DNA of 64,000 bases from Microbacterium sp. (GTDB lineage Bacteria > Actinomycetota > Actinomycetes > Actinomycetales > Microbacteriaceae), in NCBI GenBank assembly GCA_013823625.1, contig PNMM01000002.1:577061-641060 (forward strand), given 5' to 3'. Positions 37,327 to 47,140 of the stretch are shown piece by piece; the first letter of the stretch is position 1, and every line of letters starts with the position of its first letter. The position numbers and the translations under genes are program-made. Under the pieces are notes generated by a model, which worked only from the letters and a program-made list of their open reading frames with translations, was not told the origin of the DNA and did not search any database.

Positions 37327-37808
37327 GTGAACTAACCCTGCTGCTGCTGCGTATCGGGTTTCTCATTTTGATGTGGTCGTTCGTCTTCGCGATCGTCTAT
37401 GCGCTGCGCTCTGACCTATTCGGCACCAAGGTGCGACGTCTGCCGGTTGCGGCGAGCGCCGCGGCACCGGTCGCTGTCGCCGCCCCTGTGGCGCCCGTGA
37501 CCGTGGCAGGCTCGGGCCCGGCCCGTCGACTGGTCATCACCTCGGGGGCGAAAGAAGGACTGGAACTGCCCCTCGAGGGTGACCAACTCACGATCGGGCG
37601 ATCGGCCGATTCGGGTCTCGTGATTCGTGACGATTACACCTCGACCCACCACGCGCGACTCATGCTGTGGGACGGCACGTGGATGATTCAAGACCTCGAT
37701 TCGACCAACGGCACGCTGCTCAGCGGCAAGAAGGTCGGTGCACCCACGGCCGTGCCGCTCAACACTCCGGTCAGCATCGGCACGACGACCTTCGAACTGC
37801 GACGGTAA
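37323..37808 (+). CDS. fhaB: Membrane-anchored FHA-domain protein FhaB/FipA
   Basis: TTG start overlaps the fhaA stop by 4 nt. An N-terminal TM helix is followed by the FHA core LTIGRSADSGLVIRDDYTSTHHARL...STNGTLLSG. Confidence 0.85.
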   Translation: MSELTLLLLRIGFLILMWSFVFAIVYALRSDLFGTKVRRLPVAASAAAPVAVAAPVAPVTVAGSGPARRLVITSGAKEGLELPLEGDQLTIGRSADSGLVIRDDYTSTHHARLMLWDGTWMIQDLDSTNGTLLSGKKVGAPTAVPLNTPVSIGTTTFELRR

Positions 37809-37812
37809 CCGC

Positions 37813-39051
37813 ATGAGAAGGCTCTCGGCTGCCGCCTCACACGTTGGCAAGATTCGCTCGAACAATCAAGACTCGGGCTACGCCGGCGAGTATCTCTTCG
37901 TGGTTGCCGACGGCATGGGCGGTCACGCGGGAGGCGACGTCGCGAGTGCGCTCGCCATCCAGTCGATCGCTCACGTCGATCGACGATTCGATTCCGCTGC
38001 TGACGCGGCAGAGGCACTGCGCAGCGCGCTGCTCGAGGCCAACCACGAGCTCGCCGAGACGGTGTTCGAGCATCCCGAACTCGCCGGAATGGGCACGACC
38101 GTCAGCAGCATCGTGCGCGTCGGCGACCAATTGGCCCTCGCGCACATCGGCGACAGCCGCATCTACCGGTGGCGTGAGGGCACGCTCACCCAAATCACGA
38201 AAGACCACACGTTCGTTCAACGCCTCGTCGACAGCGGCCGCATCACCGCCGAAGAAGCCGCGATCCACCCCCGCCGCTCGGTGCTCATGCGCGTGCTCGG
38301 CGACGTTGACCTCACGCCAGAGATCGATATCGACGTGCTCGATACGCGAGCGGGCGATCGGTGGCTCATTTGCTCTGATGGCTTGAGCGGCTACGTCGCC
38401 GAGAGCCGCCTTGCCGAGTTGCTCGCTGAACACCCCGACGCGGTGGTCGCGATTCAAGCGCTCATTGACGAGAGTCTCGACAATGGCGCGCCCGACAACG
38501 TCACCGCTGTTGTGGTGGGGGTGGATGATTCGCCCTCCAGTTCTGTCGGCAGCCCCGTCATGGTCGGCTCGGCCGCGAAGCCCCTCACCTACTCGGCCAG
38601 CGCGTCGAAGCGCAGCGTGCGTCTTCCGTCGCTGTTGCTTCACCCCCTCAGTGCCGTCGCGGCACCGGCCGACGAACACTTCGAGCCCGAATCAGAAGAG
38701 TTCTTGCAGGCGCTCATCGCCGAAGATGATCGCCGCAAAGTGCGTCGTCGCATTACCTGGTTGGTCGGCGTGCTGCTCATCGCGAGCATCATCGTCGGGC
38801 TTCTCGTTGCGGGCTATCAGTGGACTCAGTCGCGCTACTTCGTGGGTGTCTCGAACGGGCAGGTTGCCGTCTTCCAAGGCGTTCAGCAGAACATCGGCCC
38901 CTTCCCGCTGTCGAGCGTGTACTTCGAGAGCGAGATCGACGTCGACGACCTGTCGCCCTTCAGTCGCGAGCGCGTCGAATCGACCATCAACGCGCGCGAC
39001 CTTCCCGACGCCCTCTCGATCGTTGATCGGCTGCAGAATGAACTCGACTGA
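37813..39051 (+). CDS. pstP: PP2C-family Ser/Thr phosphatase PstP with C-terminal TM segment and extracellular tail
   Basis: ORF 37738-39051, trimmed to ATG 37813. Has GKIRSNNQDS, VADGMGGHAGGDVAS, and a TM helix ITWLVGVLLIASIIVGLLVAGY. Confidence 0.9.
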   Translation: MRRLSAAASHVGKIRSNNQDSGYAGEYLFVVADGMGGHAGGDVASALAIQSIAHVDRRFDSAADAAEALRSALLEANHELAETVFEHPELAGMGTTVSSIVRVGDQLALAHIGDSRIYRWREGTLTQITKDHTFVQRLVDSGRITAEEAAIHPRRSVLMRVLGDVDLTPEIDIDVLDTRAGDRWLICSDGLSGYVAESRLAELLAEHPDAVVAIQALIDESLDNGAPDNVTAVVVGVDDSPSSSVGSPVMVGSAAKPLTYSASASKRSVRLPSLLLHPLSAVAAPADEHFEPESEEFLQALIAEDDRRKVRRRITWLVGVLLIASIIVGLLVAGYQWTQSRYFVGVSNGQVAVFQGVQQNIGPFPLSSVYFESEIDVDDLSPFSRERVESTINARDLPDALSIVDRLQNELD

Positions 39052-40471
39052 GCCGGGTGACGGCCGCGTGGGCGGCACGGTTGATCTGGGGCCGCCACGG
39101 CCAACGCTGACCGAAGCCATCACGATCAAGCTGCGCACACCCGCAAAGCTGCGCAACCTCGAACTGCTCTTGCTGGTCTTTGCCATCGGCATCACCGGCG
39201 CGGCCGTGGTGCTCGTGCAGCTCGGCGCGATCGGCGAGATCGACACGACCGTGCTCATCTACGGGGCGGGGCTCGGGATGCTCGCTCTGGGCATGCACGT
39301 CGTGCTGCGCATCACGGCGCCTGACGCCGACCCGTTCATCCTGCCGATCGTCGTGACCCTCAACGGTCTCGGCGTCGCCATGATCTACCGGCTCGACCTT
39401 GCCGAAGGGCTCGAGGGCTGGGAAAGCGCCGGCATTCGTCAAATGGTGTGGACGGCGATCGCCATGGCGATCGCCCTCGCCGTGCTGCTCGTCGTACGCA
39501 ACCACCGCGTGCTCGCGCGATACCGCTACGTCGCGATGCTCGTGGGCATCGGGCTGCTCTTGCTGCCGATGCTGCCGGGCATTGGGCAGACGATCAACGG
39601 GGCCCGCCTGTGGATTCAACTGGGGCCGTTCTCGTTTCAGCCGGGTGAGATCGGCAAGATCGCCCTCGCCGTGTTCTTTGCGGGCTACCTCGTCACCGCG
39701 CGCGAGTCGCTCTCGATGGTCGGGCGCTCGTTTCTCGGCATGAGGTTTCCGCGAGGCAAAGACCTGGGGCCCATCCTGATCGTCTGGCTTGCGGCCATGG
39801 CCGTGCTCGTTTTTCAGCGCGACCTTGGTACGTCGCTGCTTTACTTTGGGCTCTTTCTCGTGATGATCTATGTCGCGACGAGTCGGCTGAGCTGGGTGCT
39901 CTTGGGCCTCGGGCTCTTCGTCAGCGGGGCCCTCATCGCGAGCCAAACGCTGAGCTATGTCAACGCACGGTTCGCCGCGTGGCTCGGCGCCTTTGATCCC
40001 GAGAACTACGACGCTATCGGGGGTAGCTACCAGCTCGTGCAGGGGCTGTTCGGCCTCGCCAACGGCGGCCTCATCGGCACCGGGCTGGGGCAGGGGCGCC
40101 CCAACATCGTGCCGCTCGCCGAGAGCGACTTCATCATCGCGAGCCTCGGCGAAGAGCTGGGCCTCGTGGGGCTCTTCGCCATCCTCGGGCTCTACCTGCT
40201 GTTCGTCGCTCGTGGTTTTCGCATCGGCTTCAACGGCACCGATGACTTTGGCCGTCTGTTGGCCGTGGGTCTCGCGTTCGTCATCGCTTTGCAGGTTTTC
40301 GTGGTCATCGGTGGCGTCACTCGCGTGATTCCGCTCACCGGCCTCACGACCCCGTTCCTCGCCGCGGGCGGCTCATCGCTCGTCGCCAACTGGATCATCG
40401 CGGCCCTGCTGCTTCGACTCAGCGACACCGTGCGTCACCAACCACGGCTGGTGGTGACCGACGATGAATAA
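39038..40471 (+). CDS. rodA: SEDS-family peptidoglycan polymerase (FtsW/RodA)
   Basis: The long ORF 38411-40471 overlaps pstP out of frame. The real start is taken as ATG 39038 (MNSTEPG...). The protein is polytopic with GGSYQLVQGLFGLANGG and SDFIIASLGEELG motifs. Confidence 0.85.
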   Translation: MNSTEPGDGRVGGTVDLGPPRPTLTEAITIKLRTPAKLRNLELLLLVFAIGITGAAVVLVQLGAIGEIDTTVLIYGAGLGMLALGMHVVLRITAPDADPFILPIVVTLNGLGVAMIYRLDLAEGLEGWESAGIRQMVWTAIAMAIALAVLLVVRNHRVLARYRYVAMLVGIGLLLLPMLPGIGQTINGARLWIQLGPFSFQPGEIGKIALAVFFAGYLVTARESLSMVGRSFLGMRFPRGKDLGPILIVWLAAMAVLVFQRDLGTSLLYFGLFLVMIYVATSRLSWVLLGLGLFVSGALIASQTLSYVNARFAAWLGAFDPENYDAIGGSYQLVQGLFGLANGGLIGTGLGQGRPNIVPLAESDFIIASLGEELGLVGLFAILGLYLLFVARGFRIGFNGTDDFGRLLAVGLAFVIALQVFVVIGGVTRVIPLTGLTTPFLAAGGSSLVANWIIAALLLRLSDTVRHQPRLVVTDDE

Positions 40472-41918
40472 AGAGTTGCGCCGCATCAGCATTGCGAGCC
40501 TGGCGATGTTCGTTGCCCTGTTTGTATCGACGAGCGTCATCCAGGTCTTCGAGGTCGATGAGCTTCGTGCCGACCCCCGCAACGTGCGCACGCTCTACGA
40601 AAGCTATTCGGCCGAGCGCGGGCCGATCTTGCTCAACGGCACGCCCATCGCGCAGTCCGTCGCCGTTGACACCCCGTTCGCGTTCTTGCGGCAATACCCC
40701 GAGCCTGCGGTGTACGCACCGGTCACCGGGTACTTCACCCTCAACCAGGGCAACACCGGAGTCGAAGGCGCCTACAACGACTTCCTCACCGGCACGGCCA
40801 ACGAGCAGTTTCTTGACCAGCTCGGGGCGCTCGTCACGGGCCAGCGCCCGCGGGGCGCTGCCGTGCAACTGACGATCGACCCCGTTGTGCAGCAGGCAGC
40901 CTACGACGCGCTCGGCAACCTGAAGGGCGCCATCGTCGCGATTGAGCCCTCGACCGGGCGCATCCTCGCGATGGTCTCGACTCCCAGCTTCGACCCCAAT
41001 CGCCTCGCGGCGCACGACACCGAGAGCGTGCTCGCCGCCTACGACGAGTTGCTCGCTGACCCCAACGACCCGCTTGTCAACCGCACGATCAGCGGAGACC
41101 TCTACTTTCCGGGTTCGACGTTCAAGGTGCTCGTCGCCGCAGCAGCCTTCGACTCGGGCCGGTTTACGCCTGAGGATGCTTTTCCGAACCCCGCGCGCCT
41201 CGCCCTGCCGCTCAGCACCGACACCATCACCAACTCCAACGGCGGAACCTGCGGCAGCGAAGCGACCGTGACGATCGCCACGGCCCTGCGCCTCAGCTGC
41301 AACGTCCCGTTCGCCGAGCTGGGGGTTGCGCTGGGTGAAGACACCCTCGCTGAGTACACCGAGGCCTTTGGCTTCGGCACGACGTTCGAGGTGCCGATGG
41401 AAGCAACCCCGTCAAGCTTTCCGACCGGGCTCGATGACGCTCAGCTCATGCTCTCGTCATTCGGCCAGTACGACGTGCGGGTCACCCCCCTGCAAGTGGC
41501 GCTCATCAGCGCCGCGATCGCGAATGGAGGCAACCTCATGCAGCCGACGCTGCTTGACCGCATTATTGCGCCCGATCTCTCGATCGTGGAGCAGCCCGAA
41601 GCAACGCTCTCGAGCCAGCCGATTTCGCGCATCACGGCCGAGACCATGACGCAACTCATGGTCGATGGGGTAGCCAACGGTGCGGCGAGCAATGCCAGAA
41701 TAGAAGGCGTCGCTGTGGCGGGAAAGACGGGCACAGCGGAGAACGGCGACGACGCCCCGTACACCCTGTGGTTCACCGGTTTCGCGCCGGCGGACAACCC
41801 GCAGGTAGCCATTGCGGTGGTCGTCGAAGACGGCGGGGGGCGCGGTCAGTCCGGATCGGGCAACCAAATTGCGGCCCCGATTGCGAAGCGAGTACTTGAG
41901 GCGGTGCTGAGCAGATGA
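40464..41918 (+). CDS. pbpA: Class B penicillin-binding protein PbpA (transpeptidase)
   Basis: Overlaps the rodA stop by 8 nt. Has STFK (SxxK), SCN (SxN-type) and KTGTA motifs. Confidence 0.9.
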   Translation: MNKELRRISIASLAMFVALFVSTSVIQVFEVDELRADPRNVRTLYESYSAERGPILLNGTPIAQSVAVDTPFAFLRQYPEPAVYAPVTGYFTLNQGNTGVEGAYNDFLTGTANEQFLDQLGALVTGQRPRGAAVQLTIDPVVQQAAYDALGNLKGAIVAIEPSTGRILAMVSTPSFDPNRLAAHDTESVLAAYDELLADPNDPLVNRTISGDLYFPGSTFKVLVAAAAFDSGRFTPEDAFPNPARLALPLSTDTITNSNGGTCGSEATVTIATALRLSCNVPFAELGVALGEDTLAEYTEAFGFGTTFEVPMEATPSSFPTGLDDAQLMLSSFGQYDVRVTPLQVALISAAIANGGNLMQPTLLDRIIAPDLSIVEQPEATLSSQPISRITAETMTQLMVDGVANGAASNARIEGVAVAGKTGTAENGDDAPYTLWFTGFAPADNPQVAIAVVVEDGGGRGQSGSGNQIAAPIAKRVLEAVLSR

Positions 41919-43567
41919 GACCCACGAGCGGGCTAACGTTCGGCGGCCGGTATCAGTTGCTGTCGCGTGTCGCGATCGGCGGCATGGGCGAGGTCTGGCA
42001 AGCGACCGACCTCGTGATTGGGCGCACCGTCGCCATCAAGATCTTGAAAGACGAGTACCTCGGCGACCCTGGTTTTCTCGAGCGCTTCCGAGCCGAAGCG
42101 CGCCACGCCGCCCTCGTCAACCACGAGGGAATCGCCAATGTCTATGACTACGGCGAAGAAGAGGGCAGCGCCTACCTCGTCATGGAGCTCGTGCCCGGTG
42201 AGGCACTGTCGACCATTCTCGAGCGCGAACGCGTGCTCCCCGCCGATCAAGTGCTCGACTACGTCGCGCAAACAGCCTCCGCTCTGCACGCGGCACACCA
42301 GGCGGGCCTCGTCCACCGCGACATCAAGCCGGGCAACCTGCTCATCACGCCTGACGGCCGGGTGAAGATCACCGACTTTGGCATTGCGCGCATCGCCGAC
42401 CAGGTGCCGCTCACGGCGACCGGGCAAGTGATGGGTACGGTTCAGTACTTGTCTCCGGAGCAGGCGAGCGGGCATCCCGCATCGCCCTCAACCGACGTGT
42501 ATTCGCTCGGCATCGTCGCCTACGAAGCCCTTGCCGGCCGACGCCCCTTCACGGGCGAGTCGCAAGTGGCGATCGCTATGGCGCAAATCAACGATGCTCC
42601 GCCCGAGCTTCCGGTCACGGTCGCCGAGCCCGTGCGCAATCTGGTTTTCGCGGCGATCGCGAAGAAGCCGGCCGATCGCCCCGCGAGCGCTCTGCTCTTT
42701 GCGCGTGCGGCCCAGGCGCTGCGTCGCGGAGACCTGGCCGGAGCCGCGGCCGTGGTTCCCGCCGTTGCCTCGGGGGCCGTCGCTACGGCCGGAACCCGCG
42801 TGCTGCCGACGAGTGGCGAAGACTCCACGCGCGTCTTGCCGAGCGTCGGGCCCGTAGCGACCCCGGCAATGGCCACCGAAACGCGCCGTAGCCCGTGGAC
42901 ATGGCCACTCGTCGCGCTCATCGGCATTCTCATTGTTCTTCTCGTCGGCGCGCTCATCGCGGTCTTTGCGCAACCCAGCGCCCCCGAGCCCGAGCCGAGT
43001 GACACGCCGTCAAGCGAGGCGACGCCGAGTGATAGTCCCTCGCCGACTCCCACGATTGAGACCGTGGCGATCGTCGAGAGTGAGTGGCTTGGTCGCACCC
43101 GAACCGCGATTGACGCCAAGATTGCCGAGCTCGGCCTGCGGCTCGATGCCGTCGAGGGCAACATCGCACCCTCGGCTGCCGAGCAAGGCCTGTCGTACCA
43201 AATCAACCCGCGAAGCGGCGTCGTGCAGCCCGGAACGGTCATCACCGTGTTCTTCTACGCGCCGATTCCCACACCTCCGCAACCGTCGAACCTGGCGATT
43301 GACCCCGGAGCGGGCCCGTATGCCGGTGGAAGCACCGTCACTCTCAGCTGGCCTGCCTACACCGAGTGCCCAGCCGGCTTCCCCCTGACCGCCTACAACT
43401 TCACGATCGTCGGCGGTACACCAGAGCTAGCGCTCCCCCTGCCCTCATCAGCCACCGAGCTTCCCGTGACGTTGGCGGGGAGCGGGCAAATGCGGGTGAC
43501 GTACGTTGCCGTGTGTTCGACTTTGCAGTCGCAGCGTTCGAACGAACTGGCGATCCCGATCGGGTAG
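41915..43567 (+). CDS. pknA: Ser/Thr protein kinase PknA-position paralogue, with TM helix and about 200-aa ectodomain
   Basis: ATGA overlap with pbpA. Has GGMGEVW, VAIK, HRDIKPGN, DFG and SPE. TM is at aa 328-352, followed by a PASTA-like unit and a further beta-rich domain. Confidence 0.85.
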   Translation: MRPTSGLTFGGRYQLLSRVAIGGMGEVWQATDLVIGRTVAIKILKDEYLGDPGFLERFRAEARHAALVNHEGIANVYDYGEEEGSAYLVMELVPGEALSTILERERVLPADQVLDYVAQTASALHAAHQAGLVHRDIKPGNLLITPDGRVKITDFGIARIADQVPLTATGQVMGTVQYLSPEQASGHPASPSTDVYSLGIVAYEALAGRRPFTGESQVAIAMAQINDAPPELPVTVAEPVRNLVFAAIAKKPADRPASALLFARAAQALRRGDLAGAAAVVPAVASGAVATAGTRVLPTSGEDSTRVLPSVGPVATPAMATETRRSPWTWPLVALIGILIVLLVGALIAVFAQPSAPEPEPSDTPSSEATPSDSPSPTPTIETVAIVESEWLGRTRTAIDAKIAELGLRLDAVEGNIAPSAAEQGLSYQINPRSGVVQPGTVITVFFYAPIPTPPQPSNLAIDPGAGPYAGGSTVTLSWPAYTECPAGFPLTAYNFTIVGGTPELALPLPSSATELPVTLAGSGQMRVTYVAVCSTLQSQRSNELAIPIG

Positions 43568-43670
43568 CACGCTCAACCGAGAACGGCTCAGCGGCTCTGG
43601 CCTCTGCGGCTTAGACTGACGAGCACAGCACAGCACCAGCACCAGCACCAGCGAAGAAACCGAGGCATCG

Positions 43671-45377
43671 ATGGACGAGGTCGCACAGGGCGCCCGACTG
43701 CTCGCCGCACGCTACGAACTCGGGCCGCTCATCGGCCGCGGTGGCATGTCTGACGTGCACCTCGCAGTCGACGCGAAGCTGGGGCGCCGGGTGGCGGTCA
43801 AGTTGCTCAAGTCGGCTCTCGCCTCTGACCCCGTTTTTCGTAGCCGGTTTCGCCACGAAGCTCAGGCTGCCGCGCGCATGGCGCATCCGACCATCGTTCG
43901 TGTCTTTGACGCCGGCGAAGAGATTGTGCGCGAACCCGGTGGCGGCGAGACGGTTGTGCCCTACATCGTCATGGAGTACGTCGAAGGCCGGTTGCTGAAA
44001 GACATCATCGCCGACGGTCCGCTCCCCCTTGCCGAGGCGGCACGAATCGCCGAAGGCATCTTGACCGCCCTCGAATACTCACACCGCGCTGGCGTCGTTC
44101 ACCGCGACATCAAGCCCGGAAACGTCATGGTCACGTCGTCGGGCCAGGTCAAGGTCATGGACTTCGGCATCGCGCGCGCGATTTCTGACTCCGCCGCCAC
44201 GGTCGCACAAACGAGCTCAATTCTCGGCACCGCGCAATACTTCTCGCCCGAGCAAGCTCGCGGCGAAACAGTCGACGCCCGCACCGATCTCTACGCAAGC
44301 GGTGTGGTGCTCTTCGAGATGCTGACGGGCCGCGCTCCCTTCCAGGGCGAGTCGGCCGTGGCCGTCGCCTACCAGCACGTGAGTGAAGCGCCGCCGACTC
44401 CGAGCAGCATCAACCCTCAGATCTCGCCCGCCATGGACGCGGTGGTGCTACACGCGATGGCGAAAGACCGTTTCGAACGGTTTCAGACCGCGAGCGAGTT
44501 CCGCGACGATGTCTCTGCCGCCGCCGCGGGGCAGGTGCCGCCCAAGCGCGTCGACGGGCCCGCCGACTTCACCTCAACCCTCTTCGGAGTAAACCCGCAA
44601 ACCGCGGCCGGCAGCGAAGCAGCGATGCGCCAGCTCAGCGTCGACGATGACGAACGTCGCGCTCGCACGCAATCGCGCCCTCCCGTCGCGTGGATCTGGG
44701 CGGGTATCGCCGTTGTTGGCGTTGTCATCGCCGCGGTGCTGTTTTGGGCCCTCAACCTTGAGCGCACTCCGCTTGTCGAGGCGGTTGCCATCGCGGTTCC
44801 CAACGTCGTGGGTTTGCAATACGACGAGGGCGGCCAGATTCTCCTGGATGCTGAACTGCAGCCCGACCCCGTGACCGAGGTCAGCGACTCTGTGCCCGAG
44901 GGCGAGATCATCAGCACTGACCCTGCCGCGGGCATCACGGTCTCACCTGGTCAAGTCGTCACGGTTATCGTTTCGGCGGGGCCCCAACCGATCGACGTGC
45001 CGAGCCTGACGCTGCTCAGTCTCGCCGAAGCTCAAGCGCTGCTGACGGAACGCGGGCTCGAGCTCGGTACCGTAACGGCCGAGAACTCGTCGTCGGTGAG
45101 CAAAGATGTCGTGATTCGCACTGATCCCGAAGCCGGAACCGAGCTCAAGAAAGGCGACAAGGTCAATCTCGTCGTGTCGACGGGCCTCGTGCGGGTTCCC
45201 GATGTGCGCAACCTTGCGATCGGTGTGGCGTCATCACAGCTGACAGCGATCGGCCTGCAGGTCTCGGTCGAAGGCGACGGCGGGTGTGCGGGCGGACTCG
45301 TCACGGCGCAATCGTTGCCACCGGGTGACCAGCCGCAAGCCTCGTCCGTCACGCTCCGCTACTGCAGCGGAGAGTAG
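43671..45377 (+). CDS. pknB: Ser/Thr protein kinase PknB with three PASTA repeats
   Basis: Has GRGGMSDVH, VAVK, HRDIKPGN, DFG and SPEQ. One TM helix is followed by three units of the VPNVVGL...G..V...V type. Confidence 0.9.
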   Translation: MDEVAQGARLLAARYELGPLIGRGGMSDVHLAVDAKLGRRVAVKLLKSALASDPVFRSRFRHEAQAAARMAHPTIVRVFDAGEEIVREPGGGETVVPYIVMEYVEGRLLKDIIADGPLPLAEAARIAEGILTALEYSHRAGVVHRDIKPGNVMVTSSGQVKVMDFGIARAISDSAATVAQTSSILGTAQYFSPEQARGETVDARTDLYASGVVLFEMLTGRAPFQGESAVAVAYQHVSEAPPTPSSINPQISPAMDAVVLHAMAKDRFERFQTASEFRDDVSAAAAGQVPPKRVDGPADFTSTLFGVNPQTAAGSEAAMRQLSVDDDERRARTQSRPPVAWIWAGIAVVGVVIAAVLFWALNLERTPLVEAVAIAVPNVVGLQYDEGGQILLDAELQPDPVTEVSDSVPEGEIISTDPAAGITVSPGQVVTVIVSAGPQPIDVPSLTLLSLAEAQALLTERGLELGTVTAENSSSVSKDVVIRTDPEAGTELKKGDKVNLVVSTGLVRVPDVRNLAIGVASSQLTAIGLQVSVEGDGGCAGGLVTAQSLPPGDQPQASSVTLRYCSGE

Positions 45378-45384
45378 CGCGCGA

Positions 45385-46029
45385 TCAGGCGTGTGACGTC
45401 GTCGTGACGAGCGGGCTCAGCCCGACGGCGGCGTCGCGCGCGCTCAGCAGGCCTGCCTCGGCGAGCCAGTTGCCGAGCATCCGGTAGCCCCCCTCGGTCA
45501 GCACCGACTCGGGGTGAAACTGAACCCCGTGCACGCGAGCCGAGCTGTGCCGCACGCCCATAATGATGCCGCCTTCGGTGCGCGCGGTGACCTCGAGCGA
45601 GTCGGGCACGGTGCCCTCGACGATCGCGAGGCTGTGATACCTCGTCGCGCGAAACGGCTGGGGAACTCCGTCGAAAAATGGGCTGTCGTCGTGCTCGATC
45701 TGCGAGGTCTTGCCGTGCATCAGCTCATCGGCGTGGGTGACCGTTGCGCCCAGCGCTTCGGCAATCGCTTGGTGCCCGAGGCACACTCCCAAGAGCGGCT
45801 GGCCCGAGGCGATGGCCGCGTGCACGGTGGCGATCGAGATTCCGGCCGATGCCGGGTTTCCTGGTCCGGGAGAGATGAGCACCGCGTCGAAGTCGGCAAT
45901 GAGCGCCGCGGCACCGTCGTCATCGACCACGTCGTTGCGCACCACGGTGGTCTCTGCGCCCAGCTGCTGCAGATACCCGTTGAGGGTGTAGACGAAGCTG
46001 TCGTAGTTGTCGATCACGAGAACGCGCAT
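45385..46029 (-). CDS. trpG: Glutamine amidotransferase component II of anthranilate/aminodeoxychorismate synthase
   Basis: MRVLVIDNYDSFVYTL, the GVCLGHQ catalytic Cys, and VQFHPES. Confidence 0.85.
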   Translation of the reverse strand: MRVLVIDNYDSFVYTLNGYLQQLGAETTVVRNDVVDDDGAAALIADFDAVLISPGPGNPASAGISIATVHAAIASGQPLLGVCLGHQAIAEALGATVTHADELMHGKTSQIEHDDSPFFDGVPQPFRATRYHSLAIVEGTVPDSLEVTARTEGGIIMGVRHSSARVHGVQFHPESVLTEGGYRMLGNWLAEAGLLSARDAAVGLSPLVTTTSHA

Positions 46030-46033
46030 ATCG

Positions 46034-46192
46034 TCAGCCTCCTACGGTCGACTCTTGCGGCAGCAACGTGTCGGCTGCCCATGGAAAAACCCACTGCACG
46101 AGCGCCACGAGCACAACAGCCACGAGCACGATGAGAATCAGGATGCGCACCCACACTGGTCCGGGCAGAACGCGCCACAGCGCAGCGTACAT
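46034..46192 (-). CDS. Small (52 aa) single-pass membrane protein, hypothetical
   Basis: ORF 46034-46342, trimmed to ATG 46192 (MYAALWRVLPGPVWVRILILIVLVAVVLVALVQWVFPW...). The upstream part is Arg-rich and implausible. Coding status is uncertain. Confidence 0.4.
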   Translation of the reverse strand: MYAALWRVLPGPVWVRILILIVLVAVVLVALVQWVFPWAADTLLPQESTVGG

Positions 46193-46262
46193 CAGCGGCT
46201 CCTTCCGACGGTTGCGGGCAGTCTGATCGTTGCGCCCCGCATCGCGACGTTGCTCATGCCGG

Positions 46263-47087
46263 TCATCCGCGGGCCTCGACCACTCCCGAGATTTCGCTCG
46301 GCGGACCTCCCGCGCGCGGGTACCACGTCTCGTAGACCGCATAAGCGATGATGCGCTCGGCGGTCGAGAATCGCGGATTGCACGTCGTCATCGTGAGCAC
46401 ACGATCGGTCGGCGCGACGCCGGGCGCCGCGGGCACCGGCTCGAGCACGTCGACACCCGTCGGCCACACATACTCGAGACCACGGAACGAGTACTCGTAC
46501 CAACCGTCGACCGTCTCGACGTAGATGCGATCACCCAGTCGAAGCTTGTCGACGTCGCCAAAGGCGCCACCCCAGGTGTTGCGGTGGGCGGCAATCGCGA
46601 AGTTGCCGATCTCGCCCGGCATTTGCGTTTCGCTGTAGTGACCGATTCCGATGCGGCGGCTGTTGAGCACCGTCTCGACGTCGACACCCGTGGCGATTGA
46701 GCGAACGTAGTTCTCACCGAAGCGCGGAACAATCAGGGCGCCAAAGACTTGCCCCGCCGGAGGGGCGATCGACACGACGGGCTCGCCCGGGTCGGTGGGC
46801 CGTTCGGCCAACGCCTCACCACGGTCGTATTGGTCTTGCAGCTCTTGCTGCACGACTTCGGCGGCCTGCTGTTGCTCACTGCCGGTCACGACGTCATTGA
46901 GCCAGATGTACCAGCCCAGAAAAAGCATGACGATGACGCCGGCCGTGATGAGCAGCTCGCCGAGCACGCCGGTCACACTCAGGCGGGCGGGCGGGCGCAC
47001 CGCAGCCGCCGCCACTGCCGCCGCGCGAGCCTCACGCCGCGAGAGCGGGGCGCTCACGGGCGGCGAATCGGGCTCAGTCTCGTGCAC
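46263..47087 (-). CDS. srtE: Class E sortase
   Basis: An N-terminal TM anchor is followed by HYSETQMPGEIGNFAIAAHR and the catalytic LTMTTCNP (TLxTC) motif. Confidence 0.85.
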   Translation of the reverse strand: MHETEPDSPPVSAPLSRREARAAAVAAAAVRPPARLSVTGVLGELLITAGVIVMLFLGWYIWLNDVVTGSEQQQAAEVVQQELQDQYDRGEALAERPTDPGEPVVSIAPPAGQVFGALIVPRFGENYVRSIATGVDVETVLNSRRIGIGHYSETQMPGEIGNFAIAAHRNTWGGAFGDVDKLRLGDRIYVETVDGWYEYSFRGLEYVWPTGVDVLEPVPAAPGVAPTDRVLTMTTCNPRFSTAERIIAYAVYETWYPRAGGPPSEISGVVEARG

Positions 47088-47140
47088 CCCACGATTCTAG
47101 GCGCAGGTGCTGGGCGGCCTCTCGGGCTAGACTGCACACC

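Noticed and set aside
38411-39037. Upstream 209 codons of the 686-aa ORF containing rodA
   Set aside because: They overlap the pstP coding sequence in another frame and give a Ser/Arg/Pro-rich translation. ATG 39038 gives a normal SEDS N-terminus with the usual short overlap to pstP.
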